DNA from: an uncultured delta proteobacterium
GTDB taxonomy: Bacteria > Myxococcota_A > Polyangia > Polyangiales > JAFGIB01
Length of the DNA: 64,000 nucleotides
Direction: 5' to 3'
Assembly: GCA_963778655.1 (NCBI GenBank)
Contig: CAVZVA010000010.1
Location: 704,001-768,000, forward strand
Shown: positions 1 through 11,300 of the stretch, piece by piece
How the letters are laid out: the number at the start of each line of letters is the position of its first letter
How positions within the stretch are numbered: the first letter of the stretch is position 1
The notes under the pieces: model-generated
What the model saw: the letters and a program-made list of their open reading frames with translations, nothing else
What the model was told of the DNA's origin: nothing
Database searches by the model: none
Made by a program: the position numbers and the translations under genes

Positions 1-300
1 GGCGGCCAGCGCCTCGTAAGTCTTGAACAGCTCGCCGCGGTTGGTCGACGCCGACACCACCAGGATCGGCGTGGGCACGTGGGCCATGATGTACTCGGTC
101 GCGGCCAGGCCGCTCATCACCGGCAGCATCATGTCGAGCGTGACCACGTCGGGCTTGAGCGCCAGGCACTGCTCGATCGCCTGCTTGCCGTCGACGGCCT
201 CGCCTGCAATTTCGATCTCGGGGTCCTTGGCGAGCGCATCGCGCAGCCGGCCGCGCACCGTGGCGGAGTCCTCGACGATCAGCACGCGAATTCTCGCCAT
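1..300 (-). CDS. cheB: Chemotaxis response regulator/methylesterase CheB, N-terminal receiver part (runs off window)
   Basis: Manual translation: MARIRVLIVEDSATVR...LKPDVVTLDMMLPVMSGLAATEYIMAHVPTPILVVSAS; directly downstream of cheA. Confidence 0.88.
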   Translation of the reverse strand, partial: MARIRVLIVEDSATVRGRLRDALAKDPEIEIAGEAVDGKQAIEQCLALKPDVVTLDMMLPVMSGLAATEYIMAHVPTPILVVSASTNRGELFKTYEALAA

Positions 301-302
301 GG

Positions 303-2360
303 TCAGCCCAGCAGCTCCTTGATCCGGCGCATCAGCTGCGCCTGATCGAATTCGCTCTTCACGATGTAGCCGCGCGCGCCCACCGCCTGCCCGCGGCGCC
401 GATCCTCGGGCGCGTTGCGCGAGGTCACCAGCACCGATGGAACCCCGCGCAGCTCGGGTTCGCGCCCGGCGCGCTCCACGAACTCGAACCCATCCATGCC
501 GGGCATCTCGACGTCGACCAAGAACAGGCCATAGCGACGCGCGCGCGCCTTCTGCAGCGCCTCTTCGGCCGAGATCGCCAGCTCGACCTCGTAGCCAGCC
601 GACTCCAGGATGCTCTGCTCCAGCATGCGGGTGGTGAGCGAGTCGTCGATCACCAGGATCGGCAACCGTTGCGGCGCGGCCGGCGCAGCCTCGGGCTGCG
701 CGACCTGCGCCGCGCGCACCAGGCCCTCGGGGTCGAGCACGGGCTGCGGGTTGCCCTCCTCGTCGAGCGTGCTGCCGGCGACCACCGCGCTGGCAGCCGC
801 CAGCGCGGGCAGCGGCCGCAGCACCACGGTCTCCACGCCGAGCAGGCGCTCGACGCCGATCGCCGCCTGCCCGCTCGGCGCCGCGACCACCACCGCCGAG
901 CGCGGGTGTGCGTGATCCGAGCTCGGGCGCGACAGCCCGAGCGCGTCGCGCAGCGACAGCAGCGGGATGACCTGGCCCTCGAACAGCAGCGCGCTGCCGC
1001 GATCGCTGTGCGCGAGATCGCCGGCCGCGATGCGCTGCGCGCGCCGCACCGCCTCGAGCGGTATCGCTGCGGCCACGCCGGCCGTCTCGAGCACCAGCGC
1101 CTCGATCGCCGCCAGCGACACCGGAACGCGCAGCTCCACCGTGGTGCCCGTCCCGGCCCGCGTCCGCATGCGCGCCTCGCCGCCGACCCGTTCGGCCGCC
1201 GCCCGCACCACGTCGAGCCCGACCCCACGGCCCGACACCTCGGTCACGTGCGACGACGTGCTGATGCCGCCCGCCAGCAGCAAGCGCAGCAGCTCCGCCT
1301 CGTCCGGCGCGCCCGCGCTGGCGGGCAGCGCGCCCCGCTGCTCGGCGGCGCGTCGGACCGCGCCGAGGTCTACGCCCCGACCGTCGTCCTGGCAGGCGAA
1401 GCCCACGCGGTTGCCGTGCCTGACCACGTCGAAACGCACGTGGCCCGCGCCCGGCTTGCCCGCGCGCACGCGCTCGGCCTCGGGCTCGATGCCGTGCGCC
1501 ACGGCGTTGCGCGCGAGCTGCACCAGCGCGGGCTGCACCTGCGCGAGCACCTGCGCGTCGAGCCGGATCTCACCGCCGCGCGCCTCGAAGCGCACCCTGC
1601 GCCCCAGCGTCTGGGCCGCGTCGCGCACGGCTCGCTCCAGCACCGTGAACAGCGCGGCGGCGGGCAGCAGGCGCAGGCCCTCGGCAGCCCCGCGCACCTG
1701 GCGCAGCTCGCGATCGGTCTGCTCCATCGCGCTCGAAAGGCCGCGACCGGCGGAGCCGACGGTGGCGCGCAGCTCTTCGGCGAGCGAAAGCGCGCGGGCG
1801 CCGGCCAGCGCCTGCGCGCGCGTCCTGCCGTCGCGCGTGCTGGGCGCGGCGATCTGCGCCAGCAGCAGCTCCGCGAGCTGCTGGGCGCGGTCCACCTCGC
1901 CCAAGCTCTTGCGCATCGACGCCAGCTGCGCCTGGGTCTCGGCGACCCCGTCGAGCAACGCATCCATCTCCGCGATCCCGGCGCGCGCGATCCGCAGCCC
2001 GTCCTCGCGCGGCGCGGGCCGCGCCGCCGCCGCGCCCGCCGGCGCCGGCGCGTCGAGCGCACTCACCAGCGCCGAGATCTGATCGGTCAGACGCAGGAGC
2101 GCATCGTGCGCGGCCGGCACCAGCGGCTGCGCGCCCTCGCGCAGCGGGCTGAGCGCGTCCTCGAGCGCGTGCGCCAGGTCGGCGATCTCGCGCAGCCGGA
2201 CCACCCGCGCCGCGCCCTTGAGCGTGTGCGCCACGCGGAACAGCCGGCTCACCCCGTCGGCGCCGCCCGTGCCCTTCTCCAGCTCGAGAATGCCCTTGGC
2301 GAGCTGCTCGCACAGCTCGCGCGCCTCGATCCGGAAGTAGCGGTACGGGTCCTCAGCCAT
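303..2360 (-). CDS. cheA: Hybrid CheA histidine kinase (Hpt, HATPase, CheW, C-terminal receiver)
   Basis: AHTLKGAA Hpt motif, RNAVAHGIE, DDGRG, SGRGVGLDVV, C-terminal VIDDS...VDVEMPGMDG receiver. Confidence 0.95.
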   Translation of the reverse strand: MAEDPYRYFRIEARELCEQLAKGILELEKGTGGADGVSRLFRVAHTLKGAARVVRLREIADLAHALEDALSPLREGAQPLVPAAHDALLRLTDQISALVSALDAPAPAGAAAARPAPREDGLRIARAGIAEMDALLDGVAETQAQLASMRKSLGEVDRAQQLAELLLAQIAAPSTRDGRTRAQALAGARALSLAEELRATVGSAGRGLSSAMEQTDRELRQVRGAAEGLRLLPAAALFTVLERAVRDAAQTLGRRVRFEARGGEIRLDAQVLAQVQPALVQLARNAVAHGIEPEAERVRAGKPGAGHVRFDVVRHGNRVGFACQDDGRGVDLGAVRRAAEQRGALPASAGAPDEAELLRLLLAGGISTSSHVTEVSGRGVGLDVVRAAAERVGGEARMRTRAGTGTTVELRVPVSLAAIEALVLETAGVAAAIPLEAVRRAQRIAAGDLAHSDRGSALLFEGQVIPLLSLRDALGLSRPSSDHAHPRSAVVVAAPSGQAAIGVERLLGVETVVLRPLPALAAASAVVAGSTLDEEGNPQPVLDPEGLVRAAQVAQPEAAPAAPQRLPILVIDDSLTTRMLEQSILESAGYEVELAISAEEALQKARARRYGLFLVDVEMPGMDGFEFVERAGREPELRGVPSVLVTSRNAPEDRRRGQAVGARGYIVKSEFDQAQLMRRIKELLG

Positions 2361-3834
2361 GCTGCGCCTGCGGCTGCACCAGCCGCGACAACCCTCGTGA
2401 AAGCCCCGCCAGCTCCGAAGCCGTCTGCAGCGTCTGACCGGAGATCGTCTCGGTCTCGCGCGTGGCCTGCGCGGTGTTGGCGATCGCCACGTTGACCTGT
2501 TCGACGGCCGTGCTCTGCTGCTTGGTCGAGAGCTCGATCTCGCGCGCGGCCTCCGTGGTGGTCGAGACCAACCCGGCGATCTGCTTGAACGCGATCGCCA
2601 CCTCGCCGAACAGCTTCAGACCATTGTCGACCGCTTTGGAGCCGCCCTCGGTGGTCATCACCGTGGTGTTCACGGCGCTGCGCACGTCGTCGATCAGCGC
2701 GCGGATCTCCTTGGTCGATCCGCCGACGCGATCGGCGAGCTTGCGGATCTCGTCGGCCACCACCGCGAAACGGCGCCCGCTCTCGCCCGCGCCCGCGGCC
2801 TCGATGGTGGCGTTGATCGCCAGGATGTTGGTCTGCTCGGCCAGCTCCGACACGATGTCGAGGACGGCGCCGATCTGTTGCGACTTCTTGCCTAGCTCGA
2901 GCATGTTGGTGACGATTAGGTCGACCTGGCGGCGGATGCTCTCCATGCCTTCGCGCCCGCGCTCCACGGTGTCGTCCCCGGACGCGGCCGAGGCCGCGGT
3001 CTGCTCGGCGATCTGCGCCACGCGCCGGGCGCTGTCCGCGATCTGGCGCGAGGTGGCGAGCAGCTCGCTGATCGTGGTCGTGATCTCGCTCATCGCGGTG
3101 GCCTGTTCCTTGGCGCCGGTGGCCTGCTGGTTCGCCGCCGCCTGGAGCTCGGCTGACGAGCTCTGCACCTGGCCGACGGCCGAGCCGATCTGGCGCCCGA
3201 TCAGCCGCGTGAGCAAGAGAGCGATCAGGATCGCGACCACCACCAGCACCAACGCGATCACGGCCACCAGATCGGTGGCAGACGAGGCCGCCTGGGTCGA
3301 GGCGGCGCTGGCGCGCGCGAGCGCGGCGTGCTCGTAGCTGATGAAGGCCCGCGTCTTCTGGTCGAGCACATTGGCCTTGGGGGTCACCTCCCGGTCGAAG
3401 TCGCGCGCGCAGTCTTCCAGCGCCGCCCCCTTCCGGCGCAGCGCCAGCACGGGATCGAGCGCCCGCTGGTGCTCCAGCTCGGCGCGCTCCACCGGCGTGA
3501 CCCAGCGCTGCCCCTCCTCGGCCGTGAGGTCCTTCTTGAGCTCGGCGAGGATCTCACTGAATTGCTCGCGCGCAGCGCTGTTCTCGTCGAGATAGCGCTG
3601 GTCGCCGCTCAGGAGGAAGCCTCGCGCGGCCGCCGCCTTGCGCTGGCCGAGCCCCAGCACGCGTTCGGCATCGACCAGCGCCTGCGCGTTGGCGTGGATC
3701 ACGCGATCCTTGGTGTCGACCACGTGCCCCAGCGCGTAGACAGCCACAAGGCCGATCGCCATCGCCATCGCCACGACGGCCGCAAAACCGGCGCCGATTC
3801 TCTGACCGAAGGTCCAGTTCGAAGCCATGCTCAT
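2353..3834 (-). CDS. Methyl-accepting chemotaxis protein, two TM helices with periplasmic (CHASE3-like) sensor
   Basis: LAEQTNILAINATIEAAGAGESGRRFAVVADEIRKLA signalling hairpin; two hydrophobic segments. Confidence 0.95.
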   Translation of the reverse strand: MSMASNWTFGQRIGAGFAAVVAMAMAIGLVAVYALGHVVDTKDRVIHANAQALVDAERVLGLGQRKAAAARGFLLSGDQRYLDENSAAREQFSEILAELKKDLTAEEGQRWVTPVERAELEHQRALDPVLALRRKGAALEDCARDFDREVTPKANVLDQKTRAFISYEHAALARASAASTQAASSATDLVAVIALVLVVVAILIALLLTRLIGRQIGSAVGQVQSSSAELQAAANQQATGAKEQATAMSEITTTISELLATSRQIADSARRVAQIAEQTAASAASGDDTVERGREGMESIRRQVDLIVTNMLELGKKSQQIGAVLDIVSELAEQTNILAINATIEAAGAGESGRRFAVVADEIRKLADRVGGSTKEIRALIDDVRSAVNTTVMTTEGGSKAVDNGLKLFGEVAIAFKQIAGLVSTTTEAAREIELSTKQQSTAVEQVNVAIANTAQATRETETISGQTLQTASELAGLSRGLSRLVQPQAQHG

Positions 3835-4379
3835 CCTTCCTTGGGGGAAACCACGGACCGCAAACGTCGCGCAAGCGCGTCGATCAGCGCGGTGGTCCGC
3901 ACAACCGGGTAGATGGTGTCGCCCGCTCGCAACACCTGGCTCAGCGCCCCGTCATCGCCCAGCGCCTGGCCGGAGGCCGGCGCCAGCGCGTCGAGCGCCA
4001 CCCGCGCATGGCGTTCGAGCGCGTCGAAGGCCAGCGCCAGCGGAGGCGTCGATGCGGTGACCGCCAGCCAGCGCGGCGCGGACGCGCGCGCGCGGCCGAG
4101 CAGCGCGCCGAGGTCGTAGACCGGCAAGATCGCGCCGCGCACCGCGGTCAACCCGAGCTGCTCGCCCAGCGTGCTCGGAAGCGGCACGATCTTGCGGCCG
4201 GCGAACACCCCGGCGATCTCGGAGAGGCGTAGCGCGTAGCCGGTTGCATCGATCCGCACCAGCAGGAAGCCCTCGCTCGCGGTCTCTACGGAGGCAACCG
4301 TCGGCTGCGCAAACGCGGCGTCGAACGCGTGCCGCAGCTCCGCGGCGCGGCGGCTCGGCGCCGGTTCGGGATCGCTCAC
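3831..4379 (-). CDS. cheW: CheW-like adaptor
   Basis: LGLTAVRGAILPVYDLGALL motif; GTG start at 4379 after GAGGAGG (alternative 4385). Confidence 0.85.
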   Translation of the reverse strand: MSDPEPAPSRRAAELRHAFDAAFAQPTVASVETASEGFLLVRIDATGYALRLSEIAGVFAGRKIVPLPSTLGEQLGLTAVRGAILPVYDLGALLGRARASAPRWLAVTASTPPLALAFDALERHARVALDALAPASGQALGDDGALSQVLRAGDTIYPVVRTTALIDALARRLRSVVSPKEG

Positions 4380-4462
4380 GGGCACGCCTCCTCAAGCGCG
4401 GCGCGCGCGGCGCCGGCAAGAGCGCCGCGACACACGCGTGCAAGCGCGGCGGACGCCCTCAT
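4376..4462 (-). CDS. Putative 28-aa coupling mini-ORF between cheR and cheW
   Basis: Starts with ATGA overlap on the cheR stop and ends with GTGA overlap on the cheW start; MRASAALARVCRGALAGAARAALEEACP. Confidence 0.35.
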   Translation of the reverse strand: MRASAALARVCRGALAGAARAALEEACP

Positions 4463-5961
4463 GACTCCGCTCCGACAGCGACCAGCTCAGCGCGACACAG
4501 CGCGACCAGCGCGGCGCGGGTGAACCCGCCGCCAAACAGCAATAGCCGCGCCGTGTCCTCGCGCTGCAGCAGCAAGAGCGCGTCGGCCAGCTCCCTGCGG
4601 GCGCCATCCCGATCCCCGGTCCTGCGCAGCAGCAGGCCCAGGTGCAGGCGCGCCATGGCGAAGCCCGCGTCCAGATAAATGGCGATCCGGTCGTGCTCGC
4701 GGGCGCGACCGAGCTCGCCGCGACCCTCGCAGCACAGCGCCAGCAGGTAGTGCGCGCCGGCATTGAGCTCGTCCAGGCGCAGCAGCTCGGCGCAGGCCTG
4801 CTCGGCGCCCGCCAGCTCGCCGGCCTGGGTCAGCAGCAGCGCGCGCAGCTGCAGCACGTCCGGGTCGCGGCTCGAGGCCGCGGGCAGCGCGCAGACCAAT
4901 GCCAGCGCCTCGCCGAAGCGCTCCTTGCGCAACAGCTCGAGCGCGGGCGCGAGGTCCCATGCGGGCAGCGCCGTCCCCGGCGCGGCGTTCGCGCTCGGCG
5001 CGCTGGAGAGCGCGCGGATGCGGTCGCTGGCGGCGGAAATCGCGGCGACCCAGCCGTCGGCCACGAGCGCCTCCGGCGCGCTCTCCTTTGGCTCGCTCGG
5101 CACCGGCCCCTGGCGCTGCGGCGCCAGCGAATCGCCGGTGCCCTTGAGCTGGTAGTAGAACGCGCCGTGGGTGTGACGCAGGTGAAACGCCTGCGACAGC
5201 CCGCGCAGCGTTTCCGCGTAACCCAGAAACAGGTAGCCGCCGGGCACGAGCGCACGCGCCATGCGCGCCACCAGGGCGTGCGCGCAATCCGGCGTCATGT
5301 ACATCAGGACGTTGCGGCAGAACACCACATCGTAGCGCTCCTGCGGCCAGTGCTCCGCGCAGTCGTCAGCGAGATTGCACTGCTCGAACACCACCGCATC
5401 GCGGATCGAACGCGCCAGCACCCGCTCGCGTCCCTGCAGCGTGAACCAGGTCTGGCCGATCTCTACGGGGGTGTCGCGCAGGGACCACGCGCTGTAGCGG
5501 CCGGCGCGCGCGCGCTGGAGCATGGCCGGGTTGACGTCGATGCCGCGCACCACCACGCGCCAGCCGGAATCGCACAGTCCGTGCAGCAAGATGGCGAGCG
5601 AGTAGGGCTCCTCGCCGGAGGCGCATCCGGCCGACAGCACGCACAGCTCGCGGGTCGCACCGCGCTCCTGCATGCGCGCGGGGACAGCGAGATCGCGGAA
5701 GGCATCGAGCTGCTCGTGGTGCCGGAAGAAGTACGTCTCGTTCACGGTCAGCTCGTCGGCCAGCGCCCCGAGCTCGGCCGCGGGGCCATGCCGCCGCTCG
5801 AGCCGCTCGAGATACGCGGCGCCGGCGCCGCCCTGGAGCTCGAGGCGGCGCTGCAGCACGCCCTCGAGAAACGGCAGCCTGGTGTCGTCGAAACGCAAGC
5901 CGAGCCTGTGCGCGATCGCGTTGCGAAACCGCTCGACGTCGATCCGCGAGGGGTCGTTCAT
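4459..5961 (-). CDS. cheR: CheR methyltransferase with C-terminal TPR region
   Basis: LTVNETYFFR, SAGCASGEEPYSLA, DVVFCRNVLMY, GGYLFLGYAE; helical TPR-like C-terminus. Confidence 0.93.
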   Translation of the reverse strand: MNDPSRIDVERFRNAIAHRLGLRFDDTRLPFLEGVLQRRLELQGGAGAAYLERLERRHGPAAELGALADELTVNETYFFRHHEQLDAFRDLAVPARMQERGATRELCVLSAGCASGEEPYSLAILLHGLCDSGWRVVVRGIDVNPAMLQRARAGRYSAWSLRDTPVEIGQTWFTLQGRERVLARSIRDAVVFEQCNLADDCAEHWPQERYDVVFCRNVLMYMTPDCAHALVARMARALVPGGYLFLGYAETLRGLSQAFHLRHTHGAFYYQLKGTGDSLAPQRQGPVPSEPKESAPEALVADGWVAAISAASDRIRALSSAPSANAAPGTALPAWDLAPALELLRKERFGEALALVCALPAASSRDPDVLQLRALLLTQAGELAGAEQACAELLRLDELNAGAHYLLALCCEGRGELGRAREHDRIAIYLDAGFAMARLHLGLLLRRTGDRDGARRELADALLLLQREDTARLLLFGGGFTRAALVALCRAELVAVGAES

Positions 5962-6428
5962 GCAGGCTCAATCTGGCCGACGGCCTGCAGCAACTCGTCC
6001 GGAACCAGCCGCGCGCTCTGCAGCACGAGCAGCAGCTCCGCGTCGAGCGTGCCGATCGCGGAGACGGCAAGCGGGCTCGCGCCGCGCAGCAGCGGCGGAA
6101 GCTCCTGCACGCGCGCGGGCAAGCGGCGCACGCCGATCACCGCCTCCACCGCGAGCGCGACGCGGCGCTCGCCAGCCTTGAGGTGAAGGTAGCGCCCGGC
6201 GCCACCGCCGGCCTGGTCGGTGAACAGCGCGCCGGCGTCGACCACGGGTGTCGGCTCGCCGCGGATCAGCGCGACACCCAACACGAAGCTCGGCGCTCCG
6301 GCCAGCGGCACGACGGGCAACGGGCGCATGATCTCGATCACGAAGCGCAGCGCGAGCGCGCACGCTCGGCCCTGGACGAGACACATCAAGCAGCTCGCGT
6401 CCGCCTCCTTGTCGCCGTCGCCGTGCAT
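5958..6428 (-). CDS. cheW: CheW-like adaptor
   Basis: EIMRPLPVVPLAGAPSFVLGVALIRGEPTPVVD; ATGA overlap with cheR. Confidence 0.9.
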   Translation of the reverse strand: MHGDGDKEADASCLMCLVQGRACALALRFVIEIMRPLPVVPLAGAPSFVLGVALIRGEPTPVVDAGALFTDQAGGGAGRYLHLKAGERRVALAVEAVIGVRRLPARVQELPPLLRGASPLAVSAIGTLDAELLLVLQSARLVPDELLQAVGQIEPA

Positions 6429-6689
6429 CGCCCTCTCCCCCGAACCTGCCCACGTTCGGGGCGTGCGTGCAGAATAGCGCGTGCGCTAGAAAACGTTGCG
6501 CGAGCGACAATCCATCCGCCGCTTCGGGAGCGCGTGTTCAGGCCAAATGGGGTGGTGCGCGCGCCCACCACCGGTGCGCTCTGGCCGCTTCGCGCCCGCC
6601 GATTGCGCTCGCCTACAGGCAACGACATGGCGGTCGCGCCTCGCACAGCAGGCTGCGCGCGCACTTGACCCGCACGCGAGGCCCGCCGC

Positions 6690-8849
<2,160 letters not shown>

Positions 8850-9005
8850 CCTCGTTCTCCCTCCGCACAGGCTGCGACGACCCCCGCCGCAGCCACCGGA
8901 CTCGCCCTCGGAATAGCACCGGATACCCCTCGGGTCCCGTTTCTTGTGCTCTTCGGGCCCACGCGCGGCTGACCCGACGCGGGTGGCGCCGGCTACTGAG
9001 CGGAG

Positions 9006-10031
9006 GTGACCCACGCCGCGCCACGCTCGAGCTCGACGCGCTGGCTGACTTTGATCGGCTGCTGCGTGTTGATCGCGTGCGGCGGCGCCGGAGCCCCGAA
9101 GACCGCGCTCGGGCCGCCAGGCGGCGCGGCCGCGGGCGGCCCGGGCACGACGACGGCGATGGGCGTCGCGGCGATGGCGATCGCGGACGCGGGGCTCGCG
9201 CCGGTACCGTCGCCGGACGCCGGCACCGGCGGCCCGCCCGACGCTGGCAAACCGCGCCCGGACGCGGCTGCGCTCACGCAGGCCGTGGACGCCGGCATCT
9301 TCGGCTCGCCTCGCTGCGCGGGCGCAGGGCTCGCCCTGTGCGACGACTTCGAGAACCCCGCCGCGGGCGGCGCCCCCGATCCCGGCACCTGGCGCGTGAT
9401 CACCAGCTACAGCGGCCAGCCTTCGACGCAGAACCGCGTGACAATCGACGCCGAGCACGTCGCACGCGGCAGCCACGCGCTGCACGTGCACACCGAAACC
9501 CAGGATCCGGTGTACCTCGAGACGCTGCAGCTCCCCAGCCGCGACAACGGCTTTTACGGCCGCGTGCTCGCGTATTTTGCGCAAGACCCCGGGGCGCGCA
9601 GCAAGGGGCACTGGGGCGCGTTCGTGGGGCTCGGCAAGCAGGACACGCAAGGCCAGGACATCGAAGTGCGCATCGGCGGCCAGTTCGACATCCTGGTGGT
9701 CAACTATTCACCCACGGACGCGCTGCAGCTCAGCTCCAGCCGCGACGGCTACTACGACGACGGCGTGAAGCTGCCGGTCGGCGCCTGGACCTGCTTCGAG
9801 TTTCAATTCGCCGGCGCGAGCGACGAGCTGCGGGTGTGGATGGACGGCTCGGAGATCGAGCGCCTGCACGTCACGGACTGGAACCAGTTCGGCCACGGGC
9901 TGGTCGCCAATTGGTCGCCCACCTACGATCGACTGCGCATCGGCTACCAGTCCTGGAACGCCGACACCCCACTCGACGTCTGGTACGACTCGGTCGCAAT
10001 CGACACCGCGCGCATCGGCTGCCAGCGCTGA
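9006..10031 (+). CDS. Secreted lipoprotein with Cip1-like beta-sandwich core domain
   Basis: Lipobox-like LIAC, low-complexity linker, then CDDFE...RIGGQ...LPVGAWTCFE...VWYDSVAIDTARIGC, like fungal Cip1 as recalled. Confidence 0.7.
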   Translation: MTHAAPRSSSTRWLTLIGCCVLIACGGAGAPKTALGPPGGAAAGGPGTTTAMGVAAMAIADAGLAPVPSPDAGTGGPPDAGKPRPDAAALTQAVDAGIFGSPRCAGAGLALCDDFENPAAGGAPDPGTWRVITSYSGQPSTQNRVTIDAEHVARGSHALHVHTETQDPVYLETLQLPSRDNGFYGRVLAYFAQDPGARSKGHWGAFVGLGKQDTQGQDIEVRIGGQFDILVVNYSPTDALQLSSSRDGYYDDGVKLPVGAWTCFEFQFAGASDELRVWMDGSEIERLHVTDWNQFGHGLVANWSPTYDRLRIGYQSWNADTPLDVWYDSVAIDTARIGCQR

Positions 10032-10056
10032 GCCGCGTTACGAAACGCGCGCGTGT

Positions 10057-11181
10057 CTAATGGCTGCAGTCCGGGAACTGGGCGTGGCCTTGCGCGTCGC
10101 CGTTGACCACCAGCGACACCCCGTCGTCCTCCAGCACCTGGCCGTTGACGTCGGTGACCTGAAAGTCGTAGCTCGTGGTGCCGGGGTTATTGGCCACGAA
10201 GTAGTCGAGGTCGACCGTGCGCGCGCTCATGCTCTGCCAGGCGCCGCCGTTCTTGCGGTAGCTCAGCGAGGCGATGCCGTAGCGGCTGTTGCGGACCTGG
10301 ACCGCGAGCCAGTTGACGCTAGTGCCGTCCTTGAAGTGATAGACGATCGGCCCGCTCACGTTGCACGGCACGTAGCGCCAGGAGACCGGCGAGGAGTTCG
10401 GGATCTCGCCGCCGTAGTTGCCCGGCACAATCGCGTTGTACGCGCTGTGGCTGAGGTCGATGTGCCCGGCCACGCACTTGGGGTTGGACGCGACCGGACA
10501 CTGATCGAGCACGTGAATGGTGGTCTTGAGCCCGCTCGGCCCCGTGACCTCGGCACACATCCCGCACACGTCCGAGCTGCCGTAGTCCGCGGTCGCCATC
10601 GCCCCATACAGGTCGTCCGAGGGCCACGGCATCGCGCAGTTGCCCAACGCGGTCTGGTCGTACTGGGTCAGCCCGCCCATGTGCGTGGCCTCGCTGCGAC
10701 AGCTGCCGCCGCCTCCCCCACCCGCGGACCCCGCGCTGCCACCCGCGCCCGAGCTCCCGGCCGCACCCGATACACCGCCACTCCCTGATGCTCCGCCTGA
10801 TACACCCCCGGCACCTGATACCCCGCCGGCCGCACCCGATGGGCCACCAGCCCCTGACATGCCGCCGCTGCCGCTGGCGCCGCTCAGCCCCGCACCGCCG
10901 GCGCCGCCCGTGCCGGGCGCAATTCCCCCGGTTCCCGCACCTCCGGTCACGCCTCCAGTGCTGGGATCGATCGTGGACCCGGACGCGGCCGCAGCGCCCG
11001 ACGGCAGCCCGCCGCCCATCCCGCCGGTCGCAGGCGCCCCGACCGTGGCCCCTGTAGTTCGTCCGATACTGCCTGTCCCGGAGCCACCCTCTGTGCCGCT
11101 CGCTTGGGTGCAGCCGACGCAGATCGCGCATGCGAGCAGCCACCACGCGCTCGCCCCTCGCGGCAACCACTGCAAGCCCAT
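10057..11181 (-). CDS. Expansin-like (EXLX) lipoprotein
   Basis: Signal/lipobox, Gly/Ser linker, CGMCAEV, DQCP, HIDLS (DPBB) followed by WRYVPC and WLAVQVRN (CBM63-like). Confidence 0.85.
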   Translation of the reverse strand: MGLQWLPRGASAWWLLACAICVGCTQASGTEGGSGTGSIGRTTGATVGAPATGGMGGGLPSGAAAASGSTIDPSTGGVTGGAGTGGIAPGTGGAGGAGLSGASGSGGMSGAGGPSGAAGGVSGAGGVSGGASGSGGVSGAAGSSGAGGSAGSAGGGGGGSCRSEATHMGGLTQYDQTALGNCAMPWPSDDLYGAMATADYGSSDVCGMCAEVTGPSGLKTTIHVLDQCPVASNPKCVAGHIDLSHSAYNAIVPGNYGGEIPNSSPVSWRYVPCNVSGPIVYHFKDGTSVNWLAVQVRNSRYGIASLSYRKNGGAWQSMSARTVDLDYFVANNPGTTSYDFQVTDVNGQVLEDDGVSLVVNGDAQGHAQFPDCSH

Positions 11182-11300
11182 CGTCGACACAGTGAGGCCG
11201 GAGCCTGCCAGCGGGTCATTGCGGCCCGGCCATTGCGGCCCAAGACCGCCTGCATTTGGCGGTGGCACGCCGGGCTGCGCGCAAGTAGCCTCTGCCGCGC

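Noticed and set aside
8850..9650. N-terminal extension of the trehalose synthase (986 aa)
   Set aside because: Overlaps the Cip1-like gene on the other strand; homology starts at TRLIIVSNRLP with an RBS before TTG 8849
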